This document shows positions 1-14,253 of a DNA stretch of 64,000 nucleotides, piece after piece. The notes beneath the pieces are model-generated. The model saw nothing but the letters and a program-made list of their open reading frames with translations, was not told the DNA's origin and searched no databases. Made by a program: the position numbers and the translations under genes. The stretch comes from Raillietiella orientalis. Its lineage: Eukaryota. How positions within the stretch are numbered: the stretch's first letter is position 1; each line of letters opens with the position of its first letter. The stretch lies in contig JAYWIR010000005.1 in NCBI GenBank assembly GCA_036172245.1, positions 3,968,001-4,032,000 on the forward strand, given 5' to 3'.

Positions 1-2624
1 AATGTGAAGTCCTTACTCACAGACCATCTAAAATATTTTTTTTTTTTTTACTTCATATGAAAGAAAAGTTTCTTGAATGTGAACTGTTTTTTTATTAAAT
101 GATACTAACTCATCTTATTCTGCTCTAACAGTGTTCTTTCAAAGTAAACACCTAAAATGAAACCTCATGGAGGAAAATAAAGAACAGGAAAACCAAGAGA
201 GGTAAGAAAAAATACGCGAAAATATCTCAAATAAGTTTCTTGTCTGTCAACTTATATTACATTATGCTTATATTACATTATTCTAGCCGTTATAAATAAC
301 GGCTAGAATTACATTTCCTGAAATATGAACGAAGGCTTGAAAATTCCTTGCTACCAGTGAGCACGATCCAAAATCGAATTCTGATCATGGCATGTATTCA
401 TTCAAAGGTAATTAAATCCTACAAGTCTCCAAAAGAATTTTGCAAGGATTATTTTGTATGTGTGTTCACTAATCTCGTTTGTCAACGAAATAAAAATGAA
501 TTAAATATGAAAGTAACAGTGATCATGAAGAATAAGTGCACTGTTGTAGATGAAAATTAATCTTTACACTGGGAGCCTGAAATTTAGAAATTTCACACAT
601 TTTCCCATACATTTACTTTGCAACACGAATTATATGCATTCGGGTTGCAATTATACTAGAAGAAAAAAATTAGTAATACAATTCAGCTTATCGAAAAATA
701 CAGAACTCAGTTAGCTATATCAGTTCGCTTTTTAATATGAATTTTCATAATGATAATTTATATATTATTGTCATCAACATAAAATATTATATTAACATTC
801 CAAATGAATTCAGCATTCTTCAATAGAAAGTCATAATCGATGCATTTTCAAAGTTGCAAAATAATACGATAGCTCATTAAGTTAGAAATACTTATGTTTT
901 CTTCAAAAGACATCAAACTTTAATAAAACAATCCTTTTAAGGAATCATGCTGTTGAGAAAGCCTTCTGTAACACTTTCCACATATCATTAATTACTGAAA
1001 AGCCACCTACAATATTACAAATCAATTATATTAATCAGTTCTATTATTTGCACAATCAATGGGGTGTTTTATCACCGTCGTGGAAGTCCGAACCGTTGTT
1101 TCACCTGAACAGATATGAATATGCTAAGATTGTTAGAATTTGCTGGAATTTTTAAATTAGAACCTAATTGTTCTAGATTTATAAACGACAAAGGAACGAA
1201 TAGTCGATATAAATACTCAATATAGTCCGAATCTATAACATAAAATTATTTTCATTTCATTCTTGATTTGATTTTATATAGAATGCAATATACATTTCCC
1301 ATACATAAACATTCTGTATAATATGTGATACTCTTCCAACAAATGAATTTGTTCTCATACACAAATGATTTTTGCGATTTTATTGAAATCGTTTCAATCA
1401 AAAGAATATCTGATTAAGAGCCATTTCTCTTTCCCATGGATTTTATGCTAATTTCCTGTGTATCAAAGACATTTCCTTTTCGTGAATTTTCAGGTTGTGA
1501 GAGAACTTTGTTTCAAAAGGGAAAACTCTTGTTTTGCAAAAGGATTGAAAACTTAAATCACAATCATCACAGAGCTGTCATGCATTACACTGAAAATGCT
1601 GTTCTTACCATGATATATTTATGCATAATCCTTCAAGAAATATGATTACAATCGATCAAGTTTTTTAAAAAATGGAATAAAATCGAGAATAATTTGATTT
1701 CGATGCCAAATTTACGTTTTATTCTTTTTTATATAGACTGATCATTTCAACATGTAACAGATTTAGGAGTCTCGGATTGTTTTTGGAGATCAGAAAACTT
1801 GTCTTTGAGGAATTGATGATATGATAAACACGTAATTTAGTGCTAATTTTAACCCATTTAGTTTTCTAGTTAATATGTTCGAGGTTTCACTAAAGTTAAT
1901 TCTTTGTAAGGATACTCTAACGCATCTGTCTGCACTTGGATAAGCTAAAGAAATTCAATCAATTGGAATTCACGGAAAAATTCAGATGTCGATCGTTAGT
2001 GCAATAACAACTTTACAATGATCATCTTTAATTGGGTCGTTCATCTCGGAGTACACAAATACTAAAATTTTAAAAATATGCAACCTATTTTTTCAAGTAT
2101 GCGAGATACGGAAGTTTCGTATTAGAAAGAAAATTTCTCAGTATGTGAGTGATATGTTGATACAAAAGGAAAGTAAACTTAGTAAAACTTCTCGTTTAAT
2201 TTTTTTTAATGTTTATTAACTATTTTGAAAAAATGAATACATTTATTAGTTTGGCATCTCTGACTTTTTACGCTTTTAAATAGCTTGTGGAACAGCTAGA
2301 ATGTTTATAAATCTCTCTAAAGATTTCTTGCAAATTCTGTCCGTCTTGAAATTAGCTTTTAAATATTTGTCACTGGTGTAGTAATGTTTTTCGTTTCGTC
2401 TCCATATTACATGTTTAGTAGTAATTAAAAATTTAAGTTATGAGAATAAACTGTATTCATGAAGAACTTTTGGTGTGCAAAAACGAAACTTTGTATCATA
2501 TTCAGTGTTGTTTTTTTAAATAACTATCCGTATGAGGTATATTTGCATTCAAAGCCGTGGAAGGTTCCTAATAATACACTAATTTATCCTATAATTTGAC
2601 TAAAAGTTGTGTGCATTTCGCAAA

Positions 2625-3694
2625 ATGGATACTTCTTGCATCAACAAAACTTGGGAATTGTCGTTGTATGAATTAAACAGAACCCCTCAAGAACCCATAA
2701 CAGACAATACTGAAATTGCAGTTTCTCCACGAAGTTTGCATAATGAGTTAATGTGTCCAATTTGTTTGGATATGCTTAAAAATACAATGACTACTAAAGA
2801 ATGCCTGCATCGATTCTGCCAGGACTGCATAATAACGGCACTTCGTTCTGGAAATAAAGAATGCCCCACATGTCGCAAAAAACTGGTGTCTAAAAGATCA
2901 TTAAGGCCAGATCCGAATTTTGATCTGCTGATTTCCCAAATATATCCAAACAGAGAGGAATATGAAGCACATCAAGAAAGAATATTAGCCAAGCTAAACA
3001 AATCACATAATCACTCTGCACTAGTTTCATCAATTGAAGAGGGGATAAAATTGCAGTCACAAAATAGACCTCAAAGGTCAAAAAAAAATCAAGCAGAAGA
3101 TAATTCACATCAGCAAAGTCAAAATAATACTCCTAATCCTAGTGCTCCATCTACTCCAACTTTATGCAGTTCTTCTACTGAAGCAACCTCGTATACTCCG
3201 TCTCATAAGAGACTGAAACTTGTTTCAGAAACTGAATCTCATTCTGGCATTGATTCTGAAGGCACTGTTGAATCTGTCCAAAGTCCTCCATTGGAGATAG
3301 ACTTAGTCTTTAAACCACATCCTGAACTTATGTCTACTGATAGCATTTTATTGCAAGAACTGAAAGAAAAAACAGTCAGATACTTGAGGACTACTGGAAA
3401 TGCAACTGGTGGGTAAATTCTTCAGTGATAGAGTGGAGATAATCTTGTGCAATGATGCATAATGTATAAGTTTGGTTTTTTGTAGTTGATCATCTGAGCA
3501 AATATCTAGCCATGAGGTTGACTGTCGACACAGATCTACAATTACCTGATAGTCTAAACAATGTATGCATATATGTTGCACCAACTTCAGGACAGTTTGT
3601 CATTCTAAATGGCAATCAGACCTTGGAAGAAATTAGCGAAAAATGCTGGAAACTCAATCATCCATTAGAGATGTATTACTCTTGGAAGCGATGA
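2625..3694 (+). CDS. Sce: E3 ubiquitin ligase RING1/RING2 (Sex combs extra), PRC1 subunit; exons 2625-3408 and 3486-3694
   Basis: N-terminal [16 protein letters not shown] motif, C3HC4 RING (CPICLDML...[10 protein letters not shown]...CPTCRKKL) and C-terminal RAWUL domain. The GT-AG intron 3409-3485 restores [18 protein letters not shown] in frame. Confidence 0.95.
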
Positions 3695-3859
3695 TGTGAT
3701 GACTGCATTGTTTTTTGCTGTACGGTATTTTCCATTAAGTTATGAAAATATAAATATATTGTATAAAGATATGTGAATGCATTGGTATACTGAATAAGTA
3801 TGACTGTATATAAACATAGGCTTTAAATAAATTGCTTATTGGGTATAAAAATAAAGAAC

Positions 3860-5530
3860 TCAAGTTCTTTTTCGAGCTGCTACTTGATTTCGGAATTCTT
3901 CTTGTAATCTTTGCCAGAAGGTGCGTGGTTCTAAATCTTCTTTGTTGAAATCAAAGTCTGCTTCTTCTACCATAAGTCTGAAACTATTCAAAAATATTTT
4001 CCATTGCAGAGTAATTGTGCTACCTTGTTTGATTCTTGATGTAACAACCCACACCAGTGATGACCAAAATAACAGCCAGGACGCTGCATATTACCGGAAT
4101 GAGTACTACTGAAAGTTGAGGTTTCCGTGCCACTGAATATGAACTGTCAGATAACGTTTTTTCCAACAGACTTACCATCATATACATTAACTGGAATGAT
4201 GGAAATTTTATGACTTACATCATTTGATATAATGATGACCACAGAATACTGGGAGGCTTTAGAGAAGTAATGTATTACAGGAAATACGCAGCTATCTATT
4301 TTTGTAGGAAACTCACAAGTTTTGTTATCTAAGCAGGATTAATATATAATTTTCTGAAGCCTTTTTTTTACCTGTTACATTAACTGAGCCTGGATAAATT
4401 CCATAACAGTAAACCCAAGGTTCACTACCAGAACAAGATACTGTTAGCTGTAACAACTCTCCACCCTGAAGAAAAACATTTCCATCTACATTGATGCTAT
4501 TTATAGGATCTAAAATAGAAACAATAACATGATGATAAATCTAGAGTTCAAAGTTTACCTTTAACCATAAAGTTAAGGACAGCATATCCTTCTAAGATAC
4601 GAGCATCTTTAAATAGATCTTCTTGTGTAAGATAAGCATGAATGTTGACATGCACATTATATGTTCCAACAGTCAGATTATTCAATGTTAAATTTGATTC
4701 TTTATATGGTCCATAGCTCAGCTCATCATTGATGATCCAGAAATAATAAACTTCATAAAATCTTTGCATGTATTTTTCTGGGTCATACATGTTAGCTGTT
4801 ACTGCCAAAGATTCTACTGATGTGACATAACTGTTGTTATCTGCAATTTGTTCTTGATGCTTACTAATGTTACAATTGATTGTTTCTACATTTGATGAAA
4901 TTTGATGATGAGTTCACAGTTGCAACAGTGTGCTTACTTGAAACACTATATGAAGAGTGGTTCTCAGCCACCAAATGATCAGGTAAAATGTATCTATGTC
5001 TGTAAACTTTTACATTCATATTACAAGTTTTTTTCATGTGTACCAGAGGTGCATAAGTTACATTCCATGATACTTCTGAGGAATTAAACACACCACTCTG
5101 GAAGACAAAATACATCGAAATTGACTGGGCATTATTACCAGCCTGCCAAATATTTTCTTAATATATAGAAACGTAGATATGCAAAGGAAAATATCTGCAT
5201 ACGAATCCAATTTGCAAAAACAGTTTTGAAACTCAGGTTACACTTATGTATTTAATCTGGAACATACTTACACCAGATCTACGTTCAAAACAGTCATCTT
5301 CCCAAAAATAGGTGTATTTAAAAGTATTTTGTAGAGAATTATCAATAAGCTTTGCATTGAATGTAATGGGCAATCCTACTATTCCTGGTCCATTATTCGA
5401 AATCAATAATGTGGAATCTTGTTCTGAAACAATTTGAAATCGTTTGGCAATTTGGTTAATCATCACAACAGAATTTACCTTTGCTGACTGCATTAAGGAT
5501 GGTTATAATAAACAGGCAAATTAACTTCAT
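3860..5530 (-). CDS. TMEM130-like / PKD-domain type I membrane protein, multi-exon
   Basis: Signal-peptide exon MKLICLFIITILNAVSK (5479-5530) splices in phase to EQDSTLLISNNGPGIVGLPITFNAKL. Internal beta-rich exons (YYFWII...VGTYNVHV), a transmembrane segment and the C-terminal VEEADFDF...TFWQRLQEEF motif resemble arthropod TMEM130-like proteins. Internal exon boundaries were not all resolved. Confidence 0.7.
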
Positions 5531-7803
5531 TTTTTGCGATGCCGTTTACATTACTCATAATACTATCTTTCATGATAGTAAATAATGTAATTCTGTGTTC
5601 TTAAAATGTTACTTACATTTCTAAAGTGCTGTTCGATTAATGTTCAATAAACGCATCAGCATGTACCTTGCGGGGCAGTGTTCATTAGCTGAAGCATTTT
5701 GCGTTCTCGTTTCCTATTATTACTTTCTTATTATTTGCAAAACAAATACTGCAATCTGGAACACGAATATTGGATCGCCAGTTATTATGTATTTGAATCA
5801 TCAACGTAAGTAACCCATATAGAGATACATAGAGGTGATTCACATTTTTCACAACAAAAAATCGGATTTAGCTAACTACTATGCTGGAATCTACGAGTCA
5901 CTCATCCAATTTGGAGAAAAGTTAGAAACCGCAGAAGAAAGGGAAAAGTGAAGAATCGGATTTCATTAATACCACACATTACATTAAATCACGGTAGCCT
6001 TGTTATTGTTGCGATGAATTCTCATCCTAAAAGAATTACTTTCTTTTGAGACATTATTAGCTGTTAGTCATTCTTTCGTTCATCACAGATCAAAGGATGA
6101 AAAGAATACTTTAGTTTGTCAACTCTCACCAGTTAGCTTCTTTGCTGAGAAACAACAACAATAATAATAAACATATACAGGGATCTAATAGAAGTTATTC
6201 TGTAAAACTCGGAACATTCAGATTGAAGAGCGATTGATTCATTTCCAATTAATCCAGAACAGAAACCTCAGATTTCGAAGTCATAAACCACGGACAGATT
6301 TTTTAAATGATGTCATTGTATTTTGTTTTTGTTTTTTTAAATAAAAAACGGATTCTAGGAACATTCTTGAAAAATTTTCTTAACCAGAAAAGTAAGATAA
6401 TTAAAACGAGGTACTTGTATTTAGCTTGTTCGTAAAGAAGTTCGGGGAATGCATTTAATCTTTCAAAAACAAATAACATAGTTATTCTTAATGAATTTAA
6501 ACTAGATTCGACAGTATCTTTTTGGAGCTTTCTAGAAATGCTTTGCGACTCTCTAAGCAATAGGCGAAAATAATCTAGATTTTCTCACAGTTACAAACTA
6601 CAAAAACCTTTAAATTTCCATTCACAGGAGTTGAGAAAAAAAACGGAAGAGTTATGATTTCAGCCAAAGTAGCGATTCATGATTTTTGAAATTTTCAATG
6701 AATTTCAATTGAATCGTAATTGTAAGGAAAATTATTCAAGCATAATTTTAAGGACATTTAACTGTTTTGCAACGTGGAATAACTTCAAAGCTTGTTAGGC
6801 AAAATAAAACAATCTCTATGACAGGAAAGTAATGGGAAAAGAGACTACATAATCCAGAAAATATTACTGTATTTTAATTTAGAGTACAGAACCTAATAGT
6901 AAAAGAAAAAAGTCTAAGGTCTATATCTTGAGATTAATTCAGAGAATTAAAAAAGCAGAAAGTTTTCCGGAATTGTAGGTAAGAAAAAAAAAAGGATGGG
7001 AAGGGGAAGGCACTTGTACTGAACAAGCATTGTTTTCTTGTACTGACATTGGAAATCTGTATTAGAAAAAAATATACAGATGGATTCAGAATTTCTGAAG
7101 AAAATAGTATTCAAAGAATGAGGAGGAAAATATATACAATACGGTGTAGCCAATATTTGTCATTGACAATGACATCATTTAATAAATCTCTCTTATTTCA
7201 AGCGTTCCTTTTTGGTGTCGCCTGCTCACAGTAATCTAACGAAGGAAATATTTCAAACCATTTTAATCAGATAGATCTCATGAGGAATCTTGGAGTTGTA
7301 TGGCGATGTTGTACGATGGCAATAGGCGTATAGCCGTCGAGGTGTGCTGATTCCGCTTTCTGTCTGGCAAGATCGAAGGCGTATCAATGGTACTCCATGA
7401 AAGAGTAAGCGATGCTTTCATGATATAGTTAGTTTCAGAGGGAGCATTCAGAGTAGACTGAGATGGCGGCAAAGGTGTTTTCGAATCAAGAGCAGGAGCA
7501 GTTTCCAAATCTTAGAAGTTTTGTAATGAGTGGAAGTGGGTCTTCAAAGTTGAGCAATTCCAAGATTGCTGTCGGTGCTGTAAGGAATTAGAGTTCACAT
7601 TTTCCAGTGTGCCTCTCAAAACAGAAAGCAACATAAAAAAGGATACTAAGAATTGATTAGTTCTCTGAGACTAAACAAACAGTCACACAGGAACCCAAAG
7701 CTAGAGATGAAATTTCTTTGGAAACTGTTTGAAATTCGTGATGAAATACAAGTAGAGAGCTACACTTTATTTTTCAATTATTCGTCGATGAGAGTGCAAG
7801 ATT

Positions 7804-8299
7804 TCATTGATAGGGCTGCTGGAAGATTGTGATTATAGGTAGAGATTGTCCACACACTTCAATATGCTGACTTTCTTGCATTTGGAAAGGTGCATTCTAG
7901 GAAAAAAATGTGCTCATTAATAAATTCTGTCTTTCTTTTTTTTTTAATCCATTTTTTGCGTGAGCTTAAGTGTTTTAAGAACATTCATTTCAGTGAACAA
8001 GGGAACATACAAATATGCTTTTCTTAGGGAGAGGATTGGTTAAATGAGCTATATGGAAATAAATAAAGTTTTACCTTAATATTGCCTGTTACAGTTAAAC
8101 AGTGTTCTGCACTCCGCATTGTACAAGATATAGAATTAAGGTCCACATAATCAGGAAGATTAATTTTGTTGGAAAATTTTCTAGAGACGAGACTTTCTCC
8201 ATCTTTCTTATCATTTTGTTCTCCTTCAAGGACTGCGAACTTTGGAAAAACGTATATTTTCAACTCATTGGAGGAAAAGGGGAAAACATGGAATGTTAT
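7804..8299 (-). CDS. Small heat-shock / alpha-crystallin domain protein, 3' exons 8075-8299 and 7804-7896; 5' end unresolved
   Basis: ITFHVFPFSSNELKIYVFPKFAVLEGEQ...VSRKFSNKINLPDYVDLNSISCTM...LTVTGNIK follows the HSP20 pattern (F.peEl.V...VeG....isR.F...y.LP..vD...i.s.....LTi). Phase-0 AG/GT sites flank the exon, and the last exon ends LPIITIFQQPYQ*. Confidence 0.7.
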
Positions 8300-9681
8300 C
8301 TAGTTTGGGAAAAATCGAGAAGTTAGTAAGAACTGGAAACAATCCCGAATCCTATATATTTCTTCCTTATTGTCTTGATTCCCATAGCATACTTAAAATA
8401 CCTGTATTTACAGATTTTCGGTAGTTTTTTTTTTTTTTTCTTCCAACTTTTCTTTCGTGTCTACGGAATTGTTATCAATGCATTTGATTCATATTTCATT
8501 CTTTGACGAAATGGATCTATTATTTCAGAATCATTTCTCCCCATTCAATATATTATCAAGACTTTCAGCATGCACAATGCTCTGCATGTTGAAAGTCTAT
8601 GGTTAATTAGCGATGAAGAGAATCGAAAACTCAACTCTAGTGATGTTTCAGAATTCAAGATAGCTGAACAGCTTTAAAACCCCAAAATGGAAACAATTTT
8701 CCTTATCAAAAATGAAGCTGTTGAAAAGGCATGGGTCTAACTGTTAAGAAACGGAAATATCGAGCAAAATATCGAGATTCGTCCATCATATAAATAAGGA
8801 AAAGCCTATATTTCCATTTATGATTATAACAGATGCTCTTAGAATTATCCTTAAGTGGTTCATCGTATTAGTCTGAAAATATGAAGTTAAGTCATATATT
8901 GTATCTTTCTTACAGTTGTGTTCTCTACAACTCTCCTTTCAACATTCACATAAAATCTGTTTGCCTTTCATTAAAAGAGATCGTTTGCTGTCATAATTTC
9001 AAGCTTGGTAACTTAATTAAGGTTTTATCAACACGAACTGTTTTGCAATGTGAAACGACAGCTGTTGCTTGAGATTTCGTTGGTTTCGCCTCGGCTCAAC
9101 CAAGGTAGAAGTTTGTGCAATTGGAAGCATGGCTTTACTTATGGACATTCGGAAGATGGGCTTGTGTACCACAGTTTTTACCTGCAGTTTTTGTGATTAT
9201 GGCAAAAATTTGCAAAATGTTGTGAATTTGCTTTCGTGTTACAGTGGCCACTACACGAGTATTTCAGTACCACAAGTCGATGTTGATGCAGTTGAAAAAG
9301 CCTATCGTTTCATTACATGTGTAAAAAAGAATGCAGATTTGAATTTTTAATAAACGTTTTTGTGTCTTTAGTTTTTTGAGGAAACCAAATCATGGTTTGT
9401 AACATATTAAGGACGTCTAGTAGGACATGTTCACCAAAACAGCTGTTGTTTAAATCAGTAATGAAAAAATAATTAGGCGCTACTGATGTGGAGACTGTGT
9501 AAGATTTCAAATTATTATCAGTAAATTAAGTATATTTGGCAATAAATTAAGTATTGTAGTGGTTTGTTTTTTTAGCCATGGAAATGAAATAAGGGAAAGA
9601 TAAACTCTACCATGCCTTAACATTAAATGAGATGTATTAAAATATATCACTAGTTTTTTTGTTCATTACAAAGTTAGAAAA

Positions 9682-10128
9682 CTATGCATATACCTTGAAC
9701 TTATCTGCAGCAACTTCCAGCTCTACATTCCCATGAGTAGATTTGCAGATACTGGTTTTGCTTGAACTCATAACACAGGGCTGGATTTGGCTGGTAACAA
9801 CAAAATTTGGATGAAGAGTAAAACGTTGCATTTGATTTTGTATTTGTGGATTCGTGATAACAGGTTGCATTACACATTCTTTAGAACACAAAGCTTGATC
9901 TTGAGGTACACAATTTGATGTATCCATTGGTTTCATTGGGGTTACTATTTGTATGACATTTGGACTGGGTATAGTCTGTTGTGATTTAGTACTTGTGCTG
10001 GGACTACCACTAGCTGTTGATCCCCCAGGAAATGTCTGGTAAATTCCTGATGGGAACACAGTTTGGTTAATAAATGACGGTGATGGAACATTTGTTTGAG
10101 TTCCTTGACTAATATTCCAATTATCCAT
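9682..10128 (-). CDS. S/T/Q/P-rich exon of an unknown protein, possibly the 5' part of the HSP20 gene
   Basis: 148-codon ATG ORF in AT-rich DNA, ending at a donor-like site (FK|gtatat), on the same strand and upstream of the HSP20 exons. No family recognised. Confidence 0.4.
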   Translation of the reverse strand: MDNWNISQGTQTNVPSPSFINQTVFPSGIYQTFPGGSTASGSPSTSTKSQQTIPSPNVIQIVTPMKPMDTSNCVPQDQALCSKECVMQPVITNPQIQNQMQRFTLHPNFVVTSQIQPCVMSSSKTSICKSTHGNVELEVAADKFKVYA

Positions 10129-13100
10129 TTAGAGCTTCTGGGTCTTCATAGGTTTGAGTGTAAATGCATTAAATTTGAAAATTCATTTCTGATTTGATCT
10201 CCAAAAATCAAAACAATGGGTATCCAAGCGAATTTTTTTTCTGAAACCATTTATATTATTGCACAATGAAATGAAGAATTGATCCATATGACCATTATTC
10301 TATGTCTGTTGAAAGAATTTCATAAATTGGAAAGTTTGGAAAACATAGTTGTAAATACCATTATCATTGTTTTATAAAATGTTCCATCCTTGGATTTGGC
10401 TTGGGTAAAAGGAAAATGGAGTCATACAATCATTGTGTTTAGTGTTTTCATGATGGAATAGAATACATGTGATGTTTGATTTGCCATCAAGAATGTATTT
10501 GTTTGACTACCTATAACTGATGTTGAATAAGTTGATAATTAAAGATCAGTATAAACTGAAAATTGTGTTTTGAAGATTCAATTTTTCCATCAAAGTTTTC
10601 ATGATTTTGAGTTTATAGTTTAAAAATGTGTAGATAAACTTTGTTGGATATATGTCTGTGCATGTATCTATCTATAAATTTTATGAGTGTGGCCAATGCT
10701 TTACATTCTGAAAGCTGGAGTCTGCTAATGTGATCAGGAATACAGTTGTTTGATTAGCTCAAATAGCTTGTGATTTTAGGACTGTTAAATAAATAACCAA
10801 TTAATGTGATTATATGATTATCAATGTAGTGAATCATGACAGTATTATGTAACTAATTTCCACAAATAACATTCATGCTTATGTATCTTTAATAAAAGGA
10901 GTGGTTTTTCATCAAAAATGACTAAAATTTGTGTAGTAAAATATGTGAATTTGAATTTCAGCTAATGGGCAATCATTCAAATTAATCAGTATTATTAGCA
11001 TGAATTAATATTATTTGCAGTATTTTATAGACTTGAGTTTAAAGAAGCATGAGTGAAGTGTCCCTTGGAAACATAAGCTAGTGAAGCCAATAGTTATGTT
11101 ACCAGAAAAAACTGCAAAATTCTGTGTATGTAATTTCTAAGGTACATTTGTAAACTGAAATTTCCATTATAGGACATAATATGTTGACATAATGATTGTT
11201 CAGATTATTTATTCTGTAAGTTGTTAAGTTCTTATTATGAGTAATGCTTTGTTTCAAATGTTGGTATTTAAATCTTAAAAACAGCAATTGGATGCAAAGA
11301 GACCTTTTGCTGTGTTCTCACAGTGGCAAGTAACAGGTTGAGACTGATTTTTGCAAAATTCTTTTTTTAATAAATCCATTAAATAGTCTTTGATAATATT
11401 GATACCCTTAATGAGTCATCCACATGGTAGCTTATAAGATTTAAACATATCTAAAATCAAAAAAAGGTATATGGTAGCATGGTTTCTAAGACTTGACTGA
11501 AATGTGATCACTAACAAAAGTTCAATGCTTCGCAACATGTTGAAAAATCGCATTTTCGAAAGAATAATGATAAATATATGGAGTAAGCACCAAAATCAAT
11601 TACATGGAAAATTTTCAGGAAAAATGGTTTATGAACAAAGACTTAATTTCATAAAAAACTAGTTTCCCTAAACTTAGATAACAGTGATTTTGAATAATAA
11701 TGCATGAATTTTTAAAGGTGAAAAGAAAACTGCTTAATGTGAAATGATATTTAGAACTGATATCATGTTGGCTTATTTTTTTCTATTTTTCCAGTTGTCA
11801 ATGAAAAGTTTTCTTTAATAACAAGGCACATTTAAAATGTATAATGATACTATTAATCTGTTTTACATAAGACGGAAAATACAAAAAGCACAAACATCTG
11901 TGTGAATGCTATGCAAGTAAATAACATTTTCTTCTCAATTAGTAGAAATCATAAGGGTGGACTGTGCACATTAGAACATAGAAAACATTTCTTCAATGTA
12001 ATTGAAGTCATTTTTGTCAGAGACTAATCGAAATCAACTATGAGAGATATAAGATTATCCAAACTGTTTAATTAAATTCAATAGTTTATGTAGGATTAAT
12101 GTTCTAATATTCTAATGAATCACTTATTCTAATGGACAAGTGATTTCTTTGTACTATTGGATCATTTTATTTTAGCAGTTCTTCAGTGTCATATTTTCCA
12201 AAATATTATTCCTTTGCCTTTTAGCAAATGTTATATGAATCAAGTTTCAAGTTCTTTGGGCATTTTTTCAGTGTATTTTCTAAATATTAAATTGAACCAA
12301 AACTAAAGCAGTCTCTAAAACCACTACAGTCCTGGAGTGGGCGTTTGTTCCATTTGTTTTAGAACACAAAACTTGAAGAACATCTTGCTAATTGTTTTAT
12401 TGTCAGTTAAACTTTAATCACCAGACCACCACAACCACCATTCTGTGCATTGCTAAAGCATCACACAACTAGTGTATGAAAGCAACAGCATATAAGTGAA
12501 ACACAGAAGGATGTCTTTATAATCACTATTTCTAATTGTCATAAAAGTAAGTGAACATAGGTATTTACAGTTAATAGGCAAGGTTTTTGTGATTGAGAAG
12601 CCTGGCGAATTAGCAATGTAGTATGATATCGGAATCTCTGATTTCAAATTACAGACTGTACAAAATTAACCATAATGTAGGAAAAAAGCATTACAGTCTC
12701 AATAGATTATGTGTTCTTTTCAGAAAAAAAAAAAATTCATTCAAAACCATTACTTTAAAATTGCTGTTGTTTTCTTTCTTATAATCCTCCATTCTTGCAC
12801 TGTGCTGAGGCAGGGTATGTAAAAGTTCAAGAATCTTATGTCATTTAAAGCTATTCATTTGCTACGAAAATTCGATTAAATAAAAATCATGGAATTCCAT
12901 ATTGCCTATGCAAATGACAACATCGTTGAGGGGGGAGTTTATTTTTTCTTAGCATTCTGTATTTTTTCTTGAGTGACATGAAACTGAGCTGAAACATGGG
13001 ATAAGATATTTTATTATTGTTTGTTCCTATCAGCTGTTCTGATGGTTCCTTTCTTTTTTTTTTTTTTTTAATGCCCTTTTTCGTCTAAAATCCTATGGAT

Positions 13101-14253
13101 GCCAGGATTACATAGCATTACCTTTTGTAAGATTTCTTCATATGCCAACGAAATACTGTTGTCTATCAATTTGCAAGGAAGTCATCTGTTTCCTTCAGAA
13201 AGTTTTTTTTGGTGAATATTATTTTTGCAACGCCCTGAAGTTTATTCATTTCTCCATGTGATAACATAAATGTTCACATTTATACATAATGAAAATTTTT
13301 GAAGTACTGTTTAGAGCCATTTGATATAATATGAAACCAATAATACACTAATAACGTGAAACACCTGAATGAAAGAGGTAAACAAATTCCTTATTGTTCT
13401 TGATCATAAGTTTCCGATTGATCATGGTGCTTTAATTTGGAGCAACATTTGATCTTTTTGCTTTCATATGAACTATAGGTTTTTTCTTGTTACTGTATGT
13501 TTGTGTTTTATTCAACAAGAAAATACTTTTTGAATTTCTAAGATTACATTGAAAGAGCAATCAGTATCTTGGATTCTGTTTGACTATGAGATGTGAAAGC
13601 TGAACAGGGTACATTATGTCCTGCATTATTTATTTCGCCCTGGACATTAACTATGTCCGTTTGCATGTGTTTGATGTCTATTACGTAATAGTTATGTGGT
13701 ATAATTGTGTGTTCTTTTATTCTCACGTATTAGTATTAACCCTAACCCTTACATATTTGCCTATTGGAAAAATTTGAATCTGGCACTTGTGATGTAAATA
13801 CTATTTTGTAATTGTTTGATTGCTATATGTACTTTTGTAGACAGTTTCCTTTAAAGGAATATACTTCCTGTTGTAATTACAGTATTACATTTGTTTGATT
13901 TCTATCTTGCAATTTTCATTTGTGGATTTTGGAATTCAGTTATTTTCTTCTTTGAAAGCTTTGATTTAAAATTATTCAACTGTCTTCAACAGTCCTTATG
14001 CTCTCTATTTTTTCCAGAGAAATTAATCTAGAAATCAATCTCCATTTGAGTGGACCAATTTGTCCACACATCTGAGATTGCACAGCTAAAGGAGTGTCAC
14101 CTTTCACAGGATTACTACTCCTTGTCCCATTACTCGTGAGCAGTGTCACATGGCATGAATTAGTTCGTTTCTTAGGATGAATGGTAAAAAAACTGTAAAC
14201 TTTTTTTTTTACTGAAAATTGAAAACCCATCTGTTGTAGTATAATCAGCTACC

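Noticed and set aside
7278..7508. 76-aa minus-strand ORF downstream of the HSP20 gene
   Set aside because: No ATG start, no recognisable motif and no convincing splice context.
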